From NCBI RefSeq assembly GCF_004010195.1, contig NC_057719.1:70606692-70670691 (forward strand): a DNA stretch of 64,000 bases, read 5' to 3'. The stretch is from Chiloscyllium plagiosum (Eukaryota). The notes below the pieces were generated by a model. It made no database searches. It worked only from the letters and a program-made list of their open reading frames with translations, and had not been told where the DNA came from. The translations under genes were made by a program, and so were the position numbers. The stretch's first letter is position 1, and each line of letters opens with the position of its first letter. Positions 38,461 through 52,615 of the stretch are shown piece by piece.

Positions 38461-38828
38461 AGAAATCATTTCTGACATAGGATGCAGTAGATGGGCAGAC
38501 CTTTTAGGTACACATGTGTAGATTCATGACAGAGGATGAATGGAATGCTTACTCTGAAGGGTCTGGGGGAGGGCAAATGCATTTTGCTGCCTCTTTTGAA
38601 TCTCATTGTCAAGCTGGCTGGGCATTTTCAGGTGCTGCTATGCATCTACCCTCTTTCAGCTGGGATTTAACTATTTACATTCAGATTGCCTTATTAGGTG
38701 CAAAGTAGCTTTTTCTTGGTGAGTTTCTATGACTATTGCTGCCTAAGCATTCAATGAGATTTTGCATTTAAGGGTTCTGAGAGCTTTCAATAGATTGATG
38801 AAAACCATGTTGTCACAGAGGAGGCTGA

Positions 38829-39163
38829 AGGTGGCAGGGTGGTTCAGTGGTTAGCACTGCTGCCTCGCAAATTCAGGAACCTGGGTTCAATTCCACTCTC
38901 AGGCGACTGTGTGGAGTTTGCATGTTCTCCCTGTGTCTGCATAGGTTTCCTCCCACAGTCCAAAGATGTGCAGGTTAGGTTGATTGGTCATGCTAAATTG
39001 CCCATTAGTGTCCAAGATGTGCAGGCTAAGTGGATTAGCTGTGAGAAATGCAGGGTTACAGTGATGAGGTGGGGGCGTGTTGAATCGGGGTGAGATCCTC
39101 TTCCGAGGATTGGTGTGGACTGAATGGGCTGAAAAGTCTGCTTCCACATTGTAGGAATTCTAT
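38829..39163 (+). mobile_element. tRNA-derived SINE (HE1-like)
   Basis: Same head, core and tail as the other copies. Confidence 0.88.
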
Positions 39164-39354
39164 TTGGATTGCAGCTAGGTCTGTGATACAGTGTTCAAAG
39201 CAACTCACCCTAAGAGTTTGGTTTAGTCATGAGTGCATATCATTTGGTTTTAACTATCTGCATGAGTTCATTCAATGTCTTCCAGAACTGAGGCCTGGTC
39301 CTCAATGCCAGATTGCAGGAATTGAACTCCCTGATGGAAGGGTGACTTTTAACA

Positions 39355-39525
39355 GGAGATTTAAAAGGCATTTGGTTGGGTATGTGAATAGGAGCGTTTA
39401 GAGGGATATGGGCCAAGGGCTGGCAAATGGGACTAGATTAGGTTAGGATATCTGGTCCACATGGACAAGTTGGACTGAAGGGTCTGTTTCCATGCTGTAC
39501 ATCTCGATGACTTTATGACTCTATG
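39355..39525 (+). mobile_element. CR1 LINE 3' end
   Basis: tttaaaaggcatttgg...gaagggtctgtttccatgctgtacatctc tail. Confidence 0.85.
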
Positions 39526-41219
39526 CAGGAATCTTCTAGTCTAGTCTATTGCATGAGAATGAGCTAAGCTAATGAGCAGAGTGGAGAGATCACTGATTTC
39601 ACACAAAAAGAAACTGAGGTAACCCTGGCAAGGTGAAAGCTGAACTTAAGCTCCTTAATTGTACCTTAGCTTTATCTATTGTGGTGAAAACTGACATTGC
39701 ATTGACATTCTATTGCAGTGGTGTAGATTTCAAGGAAATTTCTGCCAGTCATTTTGTACCACACAGTGTTTGGCTTAATTGCCAGCATAATCTTTGTTAT
39801 TGTTTCTCTTTTGCCAAGCTTCACTTTTATTCTTGTGCAAATGAAAACATCAAATGGGAATTAATCCTATTATTCAATATTGTGCTACTTTGTTTCAAAC
39901 ATTTCCAGGCTGTGGCTCGGTCCATTCTAGCACAATGTGCAAAACATGAATGTTCAGCCTCAAGGTTTCTCCTTGAAGATGTCCTCAGTCGTCTTTCATT
40001 GATCGCAGTGACATTTCCAATTTTGTCGCTTGCAGCCATCCCTCAACCACAGAGGTAGTTCAGCCAGCTTCCAAAAATACCAGCTTTTAGGAGCAACCCT
40101 CCTGTGCTAAGAATGTAAAATGGGTCTCTCGTCTGTATAATAAATGAATTCATGAATCTCTATTCCCAGATGACATTAACAGCAGCGTAGAAGAGTTAAT
40201 GTTAATTTCTGCAGGTAATGCATGAAGGCTCAAAAAAAGCTGTAAAGGTCAATCTGTTGTCATGCAGGAAGGTGATGAAATTTGATTGGTTAGAAGATGT
40301 CATAAATGTATCCTAAAATTCTATAGGTCATATATTCAACTGATTAATGATTGTACTTCATGTTATTTTAGATAACTGGTAAATTTTACATTGAAAATGA
40401 TTAAGTTAACAAAAATTTAAGGGGGCTAGATTGGATAGCCTCTGAAAAATGACATCGGGACTAATCCATGCCCTGTATTTGCAATATAGCTGGCAAGTCA
40501 ACTTCACTCATTGAAATCATTCCTGCATGCAGCCAGCAATAGCCACCTTGTTGTGCAGCTGCAGAGATCAGCAGGGAGTACTTGCTAGCACCACTTAAAG
40601 CTGGCATGCACTGAAAAGCAAGGTGCATGGAGCTGTGCAGGAAATTCATTTGATCTGGAAATGGGAGGGAGTGGACTCCAAGGTTTTGAAATGTCTTTGA
40701 ATGTCTTTTGGACAGCTGGATCAGAGGGGTAATATTCTGCCTTCAGAAGGGACCCGTCAGACATGCAGTAGGAACAGGAAATAACAGAGGCCAAGCAATG
40801 CAGTCAAAAGTTCATTGTGGTAGAATCATAGGGTAATAAAGCACAGAAGGAGGCCATTTGGCCCTTTTATTCCCTGACTAGCTTTTTGGCAGAGTTAATC
40901 AATTTATCTACTCCCTACTCTTTTTTCCTTTGACACTGTACATTTTTTCCTAACATTATCCATCCAACTCCCTTGTTTAAAGATTCTACCTGGCCTGCTG
41001 TCTGTGCTTCACTGTGATTGCATCCCATGTTTGATCCTATCACTGTTTCTCAATGCCTGAAGATCCCAGGACTTGGTGCCAGATTCAAATAATGTTGAGA
41101 AAATGGTCATACACCGTGGATCATTCAAATTCTGTGGGTAGATTCTTTCAATGCCAGTAGTGAGGACCATCATTTCACTCCTCGTTGCAAAATCTGAGCC
41201 AGTTTCTCTTATGATCATA

Positions 41220-41960
41220 AGATAGAATCATACAGCATGGAAAACAGACTCTTCGGTTCAACTCGTCTGTGCTGAACAGACATCCCAATCTGACCTCGAC
41301 CCATTTACCAGCATTTAGCTCATTTATGCACCCAAATCCATTTTCAATGTTGTAATCGTACTGTCTCCATCACTTCCTCTGGCAGCTTGTTCCAGACAGG
41401 CACCACCCTCTGCATCAAAAGGTATCCCTTGGATCTTTTTTAACTCTTTCCCTTCTCACCATAAGTCTATGTCCTCTAGATTTTGACACTCCGTCCCCAG
41501 GAAAAAGACCTCACCCTATCCATGCCCTTCTATGAAGTCACCCCTCAGTTGAAGGAACAATAGTAGACCACCTAATATGCTCTGCATTCAATTGATAATC
41601 TTCAATGCTACCCCATAACTATTCATTTCCTTACTGATTAAAAATCTGTCTATTTCAACCTCAAGTATATTGAATAACCTAGCTTTCAAAATCCTCTGTG
41701 GTAAGGGATTCCAAAGATCCACTACTCACTGAGAGAAGGAATTTGTTTTTTATCTCTGTCTAAAATGGATAACCTCTTACTCTGAGTTTATGCCCCTGAT
41801 CCTAGATTCTCCCACTAGGGGAAATTACCTCTCTCCATCTACCCTGTCAAGCCAGCTTAGAATCTTTTATGTTACAATAAATTTGCCACTCATTTGTCTA
41901 AACGTCAATGAGTGTAGGCCCAAACTACTTGACCTTCCCTCATAAGAAAATCCCTCCAAA
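41220..41960 (-). mobile_element. Two adjacent degenerate CR1 3' ends
   Basis: Inverted tail atagaatcatacagcatggaaa and C-terminal ORF2-like sequence. Confidence 0.7.
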
Positions 41961-44900
41961 TGAAAATAGTGGTATTCAGATCCAGAAGCTGAATCTAAGT
42001 TTCTCCAGCTGTTTGTTTGTTGAAGCTAGCATTGGTTGGTCCAGCCTATCTAGGCCAAGTTGAGCAACTCCTGCAGACTTGACATTAATGGTGAAGACAG
42101 TGCCCACCAAAGTCAGGTTGGTTCTGCGTTGCTGCCAGTTGAGTATCAGACTAACTCTTTGACTGAGAGGAGCTGAAATTCCTCCCGAGAAAGAGAGTTC
42201 AAAGGACCTTGTGACTAAATGTAACTAACAAAATCTGAGTGGACTCCTAGGCCAGATTGTAAAATCTGTCTCCGTTACATCTACCTATAATATGCAATTT
42301 ATCATTTCTATTCAACCAATTAACATGTGCTTATTAATCAATGTTCAAATCATGTTACTTCTGGATGTCGGACTTTAAGATTTGGATGGTATTTAGATCT
42401 TGCATTGTTGACTCTTGCAGAACTGAACTTCTGTGGAGGAGATAGGGCTGACTATTATTGCAATGCGCATTCCTGGGGCCATAGCCAGTGATTGGGCTGG
42501 AACAATTGATGAGGATGGTATCCTTATTCCTAATCCTCCTCCAATTTGATTTCTATGTAATTGCTCAGTCTCTTCTGATTATAAGCTACAGATGTTGTGA
42601 GCATTCATGTCCATTACTTTTCCTCACTTACAAAATCCGACTCTAGTGTCTTTTTCTTTCAGATTCCAAAGAAGTGGAACCTGCCAGTCAACTGAGAAAC
42701 AGCAAGAAAACAATGATGAAGCCACACTGTACCATGATTTTATGGTCACCACCACAAACGTATATCTTGAATATTTTTAGAGTGTAGCATAGAGGTGGTA
42801 TCAGCACATGGTTGGGCATTGGGCACAAATGAAATGAGACAAGGTTGAAGTGGGTACCAGTTCACAGGGTGGGCATGGTCACATACAAGTTTTTCTCCAG
42901 AGAAAACAGATGAGGTCGTCAATTGGGCAGCAACTGAGAATGCTGATGAACAATGAACTGCTTGGGGATTGGGAAACCTGCAAGAAAGGTAAAATCAAGG
43001 AGCACAAAGGTGAAGCATCAATTTGGCAGAAGGATTTCCACCAAATCTGAAATTGAGATTCATGTTTTCCAGAATGGAAGTGGTGACCACCTTCATGATC
43101 AAAGTTACGGTCAAGCATGGTATAGATCTGTTGGCTGATGCCACAGTTTCCCTCATAGCCAAGCTCCCGATGTCAGATTACTTTAGTGGAAGCTCAGACA
43201 GAAGTCATGCATTTTCAGTCTGCTGCCATCATGGCTATGGATAACAACATGTGAAGGGGTTTGCAGACTGTACCTCAAAGGATTACTAAGATTAATGAGG
43301 TAGTACCCAAGGGAAGAGTCACACAAAACAAACACAAATCTATTAACCTCTCTCAGGAAGAGATCATTATCCTCCCACCCATGTCACTCTACTGGTGCCA
43401 GTCAGCCTGCTGCTCATACTGAGTAGCTGCAGCTCCCAATCCTGAAGAACAGTTACACCTGAAATGTCAACTTCTCCACCTTCTGCCTGGCTTGCTGTGT
43501 TCTCCCAGCCTCCTGCTTATCTAACTCATACTGAGACGGCACAGACCCCATCCAGATCAACTATGCAAAGAGATGCTTGCATTCATCCTCCAAGGCAACT
43601 TGAAGTTTCCTCCACTAAAAGTCATCTGCATTTCCCCAGCAACTAGGGTAGCGATATGTAGGAGTGTTTGAGAGGGCAAAGGAACATGGAAGACTGGCAC
43701 TAAGAATCTGAACGAGGGTGATGAGTTTAATTTTTTTATGGAATATGATTTATATGATTTCATTTACATATTTGGGATTATTTTGAGTTTTTTAAAAATA
43801 TTTGAAAAGTGGCCAAGTGAACATTGTGATAGACAGAAGGTAAAGCATGAGATAGCTGGTGAAGGGGGTTGGTATTGTGGTTTCTCGGTTTTTCATGGTT
43901 AAATGGACAGCCTGGACAGACTTGGATTTTCTGGATTTCTTCTTTCTTCCTTTACTCCTGTGTCGCCTCCTGAGCTGGGTACCATGAACCATGTTAAAAT
44001 CTAGTTCTTATATACATCTTAAGGATATTTACCGCACTGACACCCTCACTAATATGATATCTGATGCAGTTGGCCCAACAAATCTACACTCACTCCCCAG
44101 ATTCCACATTTTAATTCTAAGACACTCATAGAGTGCACAAAACAAACACGAACGAGTCCAGTTTCTCACCCGGTGTCTCTACTGAATTCTATACAGACGC
44201 ATTGCAAGATGCTTACAGACTGTAAACATCTCTTTTATCACTTGCTGAATTGAAAATCTGCTCAGGTATTCTCTGTGCAGTTACACGCAGCTTGATCTGT
44301 GAGGAAGAACTAACTTCAACTGTTGCCATGGCATCACTTACCCAGTTCTATGATGCTGGCTGGAAATAGATTATGGGGCAGGCAGGCCATTTCAATTTCT
44401 AATGGCTCACAAAAGTGGTCATCTATTACACGATCAGAGAGAGCTCTCCAAATGGTCTACAATCTATTTCACAATATGGATATTTAACACTCCTTCAATT
44501 ATACAAAGTTAAATGAACATGCCATCTGAATAATTTATGCCTGTGGTATTTTTTTCTCAAAATGGAGTGTGTAGTGGTTAATCTCTAAGGTTCTCATGCA
44601 CATCACTCACTTTGAAGCTTCCTGTTTTACTTCTGCAGCCAAGTTTCGATCTTTAGTCAGCCCAGTTAATAAAGACTTCCAGCAAATATTTCCCCTTGGT
44701 TGCATTCGTTTTCCTCTATGTCATGTTCCAAAAATTGGAATAACTAGTGCAAAAGATCTTTGAAATTTTATAATAAATTACATTTAGCACAACATGGCTT
44801 CTGGCAACCTTTTTTTCCAGTTTTTAAAATGCTGAGCTCCATGTATGCCCTGCCCACAAAACTAGTCAAGCTCCCCCTACCACCCCAAGGCTGAATTAAT

Positions 44901-45119
44901 CATCATCATGAGTTTCCACTAATTGTGTGTTTCCTGCCCTTCAAGCAGTCTTTAAAAATTAAACGGGATCTTTTGGGTGCTAAGACAGTAACAGGCATGC
45001 TTTAAAAGCTTGCGAATTTTGTGTTTAGTGTGCTAAGAACTGACTTTTCTATTGTTTAGTCTAGTTTCAGAGTGATTAGGGACATTAATATGTTCAAACA
45101 ATAGGTTTCTCATACTCAT

Positions 45120-47560
45120 TTTAATTTCAAATATATACTTTATTCATAAAAAATCTCATTACCACAAATGCAGTTCAGTTCTGCACAGTTGCAGGGGCAG
45201 CACACTGGCTCAGTGGTTAACACTGCTACCTCACAGTGCCAGGGACCTGGATTTAATGCAACCTTGGGCAACCATCTGTGTGTAGTTTGCACATTCTCCC
45301 CGTGTCTATGTGGGTTTCCTCTGGGTGCTCCAGTTTCCTTCCACAACCCAAAGATGCGCATATTTGATGAAGTGGCCATACTAAATTGCCTGTAGTGTTC
45401 AGGGATATGTAGGTTAGGTACATTAGTCAGGAGTAAATGTAGAGTGATAAGGTCTGGAGCTGGGTAGGTTACTCTTTGGAGAGTCGGTGTGGACTTGTTG
45501 GGCTGAAGGGCCTGTTTCACACTGTAGGAATTCTATGATTCATATCAAGTCAGTAAACAAAACATTGGACATTGATACTATCCAAAAAACCAAAGACGTC
45601 TCTTACACATACCAACATTTACATATATCTGAGGCATCGGGAGGGTCCGATAACTGAACAGATCCTCATTTACCTTCAGCAAGAAGACCTCAGACAATGG
45701 TCTTTCCCTACTGCACCTTGGCAACAGCTGTCCCAAGCTTTAGTGCATCCCTCAGTACATAGTTCTGGACTTTAGAATGTGCCAGTCTGCAACATTCAGA
45801 CAGGGTTAACTCCTTGCTTTTGAGAAGACCAGTAGATTTCAGGCAGACCGAAGAGCGTCTTTCACCAAGTTGATGGTTCTCCAGGCACGGTTGATGTTTG
45901 TCTTGCTGTGCCTTCTGGGGAACAGACCGTACAGCACAGAGTCCAGCATCACGGAGCTGCTGGGGGTGAACCACGACACAAATCATTGTATCTTCCTCCA
46001 GAATTCCTTTGCAAAGGCACGGACCAGAAGGGGATGTAGGACAGTCTCTACACCCCCTGCAGTCCCCAAAGGCAGTGTGAGGTGACACAGACCAACTGGG
46101 TGCATATAAAGGATCTCACAGGTAGTGCCCTTCTCAACACCAGCCAAGCAATGTCTTGGTGCCTGTTAGAAAGTTCTGCTGATGAGGAATTCTGCCAAAT
46201 GAGATAGTGTCAGAGAGAGCAAGTGTCAGAGAGAGAGAGTGTCAGAGAGAGGGATTCTGAGAGAGATAGCGAGAGCGATGGAGTGTGAGAGAGGAATCCG
46301 ACAGGATCCACCTTCCCCTTTTCCCCCAGGGTCTCGAGGATGATACGTGCTGACCACTTCCTGGTAGTCAAAAGTATTTCTCTTTGCAAATTTCTGCACA
46401 AAGGATGCATCATACAGAATGATCCAACTACTTGGAGCTTTCCACAGATTGATACCAGTCCGAAACATCACAACACTGAGAACTGGTAGAATCTCAGTAA
46501 GTAGTGACACTTGCTGTTCGCATATCAAGGGTCTACACATAGCTTGATGCAGCCACACACTTAGGTGGCCATCAGGATGAGGGTGGCATTGAGTATGTTC
46601 TTCCTCCCCATTCCCCACACCAACCTTATCCAGAGTTTTGTACATGGGGTTCCTACAGACTCAGTCTATCTTAGGCTTCCAGATGAAATGGATGATAGCT
46701 CAGGTGACTGAAACAGCGCAGATTTGGGGCATTATCCAAACCTGAGCCACGTACAACAACAGAGAGAATGCTTCACACCTGATGACCAGGTTTTTACCCA
46801 CAATGGAGAGGGAGCAGTGCTTCCAAAAGACCAGTCTCTGTCTCACCTTAACAATGCAGTCCTCCCAAGATTTTGTGTGCGCTTCGGCCCTTCAAAACCA
46901 TATTCCCAGCACCCTCAGGAAATCTGTTCTGATGGTTAAGGGAATGCAGGATCGGTCAGCTCAGTTCCCAAAGAAAATGGCCTCACTCTTGTCTCGGTTT
47001 CCCTTGGCTCCCGAGGCCAGTTTGAACTGGATGCAGATGCTGAGGAGTCTGCGCACTGACAGCAGATCCGAGCAGAGAACAGTGATGTTATCCATGTATG
47101 GGAAGGCAGACTGTCATACACCTCCAACAGGTCCCAGCCAATCAAGTCTCACTGAGCTGAATACAACTCTGCCAGTGAGCCATCACTTCAGGGAGTTTGA
47201 TTGTTTTCTAAGGACTCAATGGACTTAATCAGCTCATCTAGAGGTAACAATTGATCCAGCCTCTCCTGTATGCTGTCGTCTCAGATCTCCATGATAGAGG
47301 ATAGGAACGACTGGGAGGCCATGCTGTTTGTGGGTTTGTGTCATACAGTCTGGCATAAAAAGATTTGCTGATACACAGGATGTCAGATTGAGATGACATT
47401 AATGAGCCATCTTCCACCTTCAGTCTGCTGAGCACAGAGCCCTCCTTTTGCACCTCCTGGAAGAAGAAACACGAACATGTCTCATCTTGCTCCACAGTTG
47501 GACTCTGGATCAGAAGATTATCTTGGAGGCCTCCTGGAGATCCTCTGTGACATCGAACCC
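45120..47560 (-). mobile_element. Tx1/L1-clade LINE, truncated and internally deleted, interrupted by a SINE
   Basis: VEQDETCSCFFFQ...LSRLK.EDGS..SSQSDIL..SKSFYARLYD, a Cys/His C-terminal motif near 46000-46080, and a 3' end with inverted AATAAA (tatactttattcataaaa). Confidence 0.8.
45194..45540 (+). mobile_element. tRNA-derived SINE (HE1-like)
   Basis: Same head, core and tail as the other copies. Confidence 0.88.
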
Positions 47561-48521
47561 CATTGTCTGAAGCAGGAGTAGGATGTGCATAAGAAACTAC
47601 AAGACACAACTAGGTCTTACATGGCTGAAGCTATGATCATTCTTCCTTCAAGTCTCTCTTTCAGTTGTTCTGTTACATTTTTATTAAGAGAGGTGCTATT
47701 TAGATAGTCTTAAGTGATAATATTTGCAAACCCTAATAACACAAACGATGTTCATGGTTCTGAATGTTTATTACACGTTTACATCAATATAAAATCACCT
47801 TAATTTCAGATAATACAATGGTGCTTTGATTAACCTATACATAACTTTTCTGATAAACCTATACATAACTTTTTAGTCAGACTGCACACAAAAGCATATC
47901 AAGGAAAACATCTTCAAACAACTTTTTATAAATGTCTCATTTTAAAATGTGGTTTAATTGTCCTGACAGACCTTACATTCAGTGGCATGCAAATGATATT
48001 TGAGTAGAAAAAAAACACTTTTCAAAAGCATTGCTCTTTTATGTGTGATTTTGCGTGCAGTGGAAATTTCACCCTCTGGTATCTGGTGCAACATGTTACA
48101 ATGAGTTCAATTTTATCTGAACAATGGACTTCCATGTGGGGTGGAGGGAGGAGTATTTTGAGGACAAGATGGATGAGACAGCCAGAAGATTTAATTGGCA
48201 AAGGGCCGCCATGGGCCACTGCTCCTGCATGATTGTGTAACTTTAAAAAATTGTTCTCAAAATGTGCATATCACTGACAAATGCAGCAGTTCTTGACTAT
48301 CCCTCGCTATTCTGACAACACAGTGGTGATGAAGATGGCTATCTTCCTGGAATGCAGCAGTCCAGCAGGTGGATACAGTTGTGTGGTTTACTAGGACACT
48401 TCAGCAAATAACTGTCCAACCCCTTTGTCATCAACTGAAATGTCGTATGGGTGAGAAGCATAGCAGGAAAGAGTTCCAAATGGGCTAATCGCAGCACTTA
48501 CACAGTTTGGATTGCTACATT

Positions 48522-48626
48522 TTAGATTAGATTAGATTACTTACAGTGTGGAAACAGGCCCTTCGGCCCAACAAGTCCACACTGCCCCGCCGAAGCGCAA
48601 CCCACCTATACCCCTGCATTTACCCA
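48522..48626 (-). mobile_element. SINE 3' tail fragment
   Basis: (ttaga)n cttacagtgtggaaacaggcccttcggcccaacaagtccacac. Confidence 0.8.
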
Positions 48627-48726
48627 TATCATCAACAAAGCTTTTGACCTAACATCAGTCTGTATTCTGGTATCAAATTTTGATTGGTAACCCTGCGCTG
48701 TAGCACCTTTAAGATGTTTCAGTTTG

Positions 48727-51286
48727 ACCATAAAATATAGAAGGGGAAGTAGGCCATTTGATCATGGCTGATATGTTTCTCAACCCTAATCTCCGGATTT
48801 CTCCCCATAACCTTTGATCCCCTTACTAATTCAAGAACCTGTCTTAAATCCACTCAATAACTTGGCTTCCACAGATTTCTATTGCAATGAGTTCCACAGA
48901 TTCACCACGCTCTGGCTGAAGAAATTCCTCCTCATCTTAATTCTAAAGGGTCATCCCTTCACTCTGGGGCTTGCCATCAATTCCTCGTGTCTTCTACTTG
49001 TGGAAATGCCTTTCCACATCCACTCTATTCAGGCCTCTCAGTATTTGGTAAGGTTCCCACATCAGCCTTCTAAACTCCATCAGGTACAGACCCAAAGTTC
49101 TCAACCTCTCATGACATGCCCTTCACCTCCAGGGCAATTCTTATGAGCTTCCTGTGGACCCCCTCTGATGACAATGCCTTCAGTATAGGACCCAAAACTG
49201 CTCATAATACTGTATTCCAAACACGGTCAGACCAAAGCTTAGTACAGCCTCAGCAGTACATCCCTTCACTTGTGTTCTAGTCCTCTTGAAATGAGTGCTG
49301 ACAGTGCATTTGCCTTCCGAAATGTCAACTAAACCTGCATATTAATCCTAGTTCAGGATTCTCTTAAGTCCCCCTGTGCTTCAGATTTCTGAAGCTTTTC
49401 CTCACTTACAGAATAATTTGCATCTCTATTCTTCCTATCAAAGTGCATAATCTCTCATCTTGCACTCCATCTGCAACTTCTTTACACGTTCTCCTAGCCC
49501 ACCAAAGTCCTTCTGCAGTCTTCCTGCTTCTTCAATATTATCTGTTCCTCTTTTGTGTCATCTGCAAACTTAGCAACAATGTCCTTAGTTCCTTTACCAG
49601 GTTACTTAATGCATAATGTGAATAGTTGTGATCCTAAGCCAGACCCCTGCGGAACTCCACTCGTCACTAGCTGCCATCCTAAAAAATACTCCTTTATCTC
49701 CACCTTCTGCCAATCAGCCAATCCTCTATTCATGCCAGTACATTGCCCCACCACTTTGGGCTCTTATTTAGCAACCTGCTATGTGGCACCTTGTCAAAGG
49801 CCTTCTGGAAATCCACTTAGATCAATGCCTGTCCTTTGTCTAACTTGCTTGTTACCTCTTCAAAGAATTCTAATAATTTGTCATGGCTTGCTCCAGCCAT
49901 GCTGATTCAGCCTATTTTACCCATACTTTTAAATACTCCCCAATCACATCCTTGATAACAAGCTCCAAAATCTTACCAATGACCATAGTCAGGCTAACCA
50001 GTTAATAGTTTCCTGTCTTTTGCTTCCTTCCCCTCTCAAACAGGGGTGTTACACTGGCCATTTTCTAGTCCTCTGGATTCCTAAATAATCACCACTAATA
50101 CCTCTACAATCTCCTCAGCTATCACCTTCAGACCTTCCAGGTTCCTCAGCACTTTCCCTTTAATGTTAGCCAGTACACTCACCTCTACCCCCGACTCTCT
50201 TGAAGTTCTGGTATGCTGCTAGTGTCTTCCACCATGAAGACTGATAAGTACCTAACTGGTTGCTCCATAGTTTCCTTATTCTCTATTTCTACTTTCAGGC
50301 CACATTTTTCAGCGAGTAAAATGTCCACTCTTGTCTCTTTTTTACCTTTTATATATCTAATAAAAGTCTTGCAATTTGTATTTATATTGCGAGCTAGTTG
50401 ACCCTCATATTTCACCTTCTCACCCTTGTTGATTTTTAGTTATTCTCTGCTGGTTTTTAAAGGCTTCCCTCTCCTTTGGCATCCTACTAATCTATACTTT
50501 TTCTCTTTTGCTTTTATGCTGTCCCTGACTTCCCTCATCAGCCATGATTGCCTCACCCTCCCTTTAGTATGCTTCTTCTTACTTGGGGTGGATTTCTGCT
50601 GTACCATCCAGAAGTAACCCTCCAAAAGCCCATCTTCCCTGCTAGGATCCCCTTCCAATCAACTCTGGCCAGTTCCTCCCTCATGTTGTAAAACTGTTAA
50701 ATCTGATTTGAGCTTTTCCATCTCAAACTGAATGGTGAATTCTGTCATATTATGGTCACTGCTCCCCATGGGTTCCTTTGCCTTAAACTCCCCAAACAAG
50801 TCTGCCTCATGACACATCACCAAATCCCAGAATTGCATGTTCCCTAGTGGGTTCTACCACAAGCTGCTCCAAAAAAAAACTCAAAGTCATTCTGCAAATT
50901 CCTTTTGTTAGGATTTGTTACCAATGATTTTCCCAAACTACCATCATATTGAAGCCCATGATTATTGTAGCAGTGCCTCTCTTACATGCCTTTTTTATTT
51001 CCCGATTTATTTTCTGCCCCAAATCCTGACTACTGCTAAGAGGCCCATAAATGACTCCGATCAGAGTCTTCTTTTCCCTTTGCGTCTCCTCAATTCTACC
51101 ATCCAGGTTAAATGCCTTCTGACTCTCTATCGCTCCTTGTTATTGATTTAATTTCATTTCTTACTAACAGGGCAACCCAACTACCTCTGCCCATCTGTCT
51201 GTCCTTTTTCAATAGAATGTGTGTCCTTGGATATTTAATTCCCAATGCTGATCCCATTGTAGCCATATCTCTGTGATGTCCAAAAC
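48727..51286 (-). mobile_element. Old degenerate CR1 LINE ORF2
   Basis: Reverse strand carries SGVPQGS/FADD-like and APE-like segments, with many deletions. Confidence 0.8.
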
Positions 51287-52615
51287 ATTGCTAATTTTGT
51301 AAACACTATATAAAAGCTATTAATTGGGTGGTTCAATGATTCAACGTTTATTTGCTCAGCAGGCATTCATTTTGTTCTTTATATATTCAACAATTCATCC
51401 AGCATGCAAGTGAAGGTTAGTAGATGGTATTGTTAGTTTTCATCTCTGCCCTCCAAAATAATGCTACAGGCATCAAAGTCTGCATTACTACAGATACTCT
51501 CAGAAATCTACCCTAGTTAGACTGTGTTAAGTGACACAAAAGCAAAAGAAATTCTAAGCAATGTGATTACTTGAAAATGTACCCTGCTTTGAAATGGAAT
51601 ATAGAGCTCCACATCCTGGTATATACTCCCAAACAAATATGCATTACAAATATAAATTAGTGCGCAATGCTGAATAAATATTTTTGAATCATTATGGCGC
51701 AAGTTTCATCTCCATGCATTTTTGTTAATACTCCCATGCAACGGTTGCAAAATTTTCCAAACATTATCATTTCCCACAGGGATAAAGAGCGAGGAAAAGG
51801 TGAGGGAATGTACTGTTTACCCAAGCGAAAATGGGGGGTCTGTGGTTCATTGATGTGATGTGGAAAATGGCGAAGGATATATTGGAAGGCTATTGGGGGT
51901 GGGCAGTAGGGGTATTGGCTTGGGGACAATAGTACATTGTGTTGCTGTCTGTTTCCACATTCCCAAATGGTCAGTGTTGAGTCAGTGGGAACCTGAAGAC
52001 AGGTTAAACACAGGAAACAAATAAACTTTTTCTTTTCAAACATTCTCTATGACACCCGCTGTCCTAGATTTTAAGATATTTCTGTGTAGTTGAAATTTCT
52101 TGCTGATCTGTTTTTTTTTGAATGGCCTGCAGCTGTGTTTGAATTTTCTCCTGTTCCTATAAATGCCAGACCCTGTTTGGACATAAAGCTGAGGACACAA
52201 TGGTTAAATTAACATTCAGACAGGAATGTTCCAGTTCCTTCAGCAGGAGCAGCTGAGTTTCAGGAAGGAGAATAGAAAAACCTGTCCTTTTAATCGTTGA
52301 ATTAAAACAATATTTAGATTGTATTTATATTACAGGCAAATGCAGAATACAGCTTCATCGAGGAAATAGCCGGAATATCCATGGAATCAGACTGACTCTG
52401 CAGTGATTTTAAAATGGTGGACAGGACCTTATTCTGGAAACTGTCCACGCTCCCAGCCCCTTCAGCACGAGATAAGGGTACAAGTAGCAAGCCCATATCT
52501 TATACTCCCAAACTAGACAGCTCATCATGCTGGACAACATCTCAACATGCACCACAGTTTTAAAGAATTACATTATAATAGTGAAGAAGGAGGCCATTTG
52601 GTCCATCATATCTCC

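Noticed and set aside
39633..40058. 141-aa ORF with a possible exon at 39909-40054
   Set aside because: No recognisable homology, a GTG start and a weak donor site. I cannot support it without RNA data.
52336..52480. Possible plus-strand exon after ttacag
   Set aside because: Stops occur in all three frames within about 70 nt.
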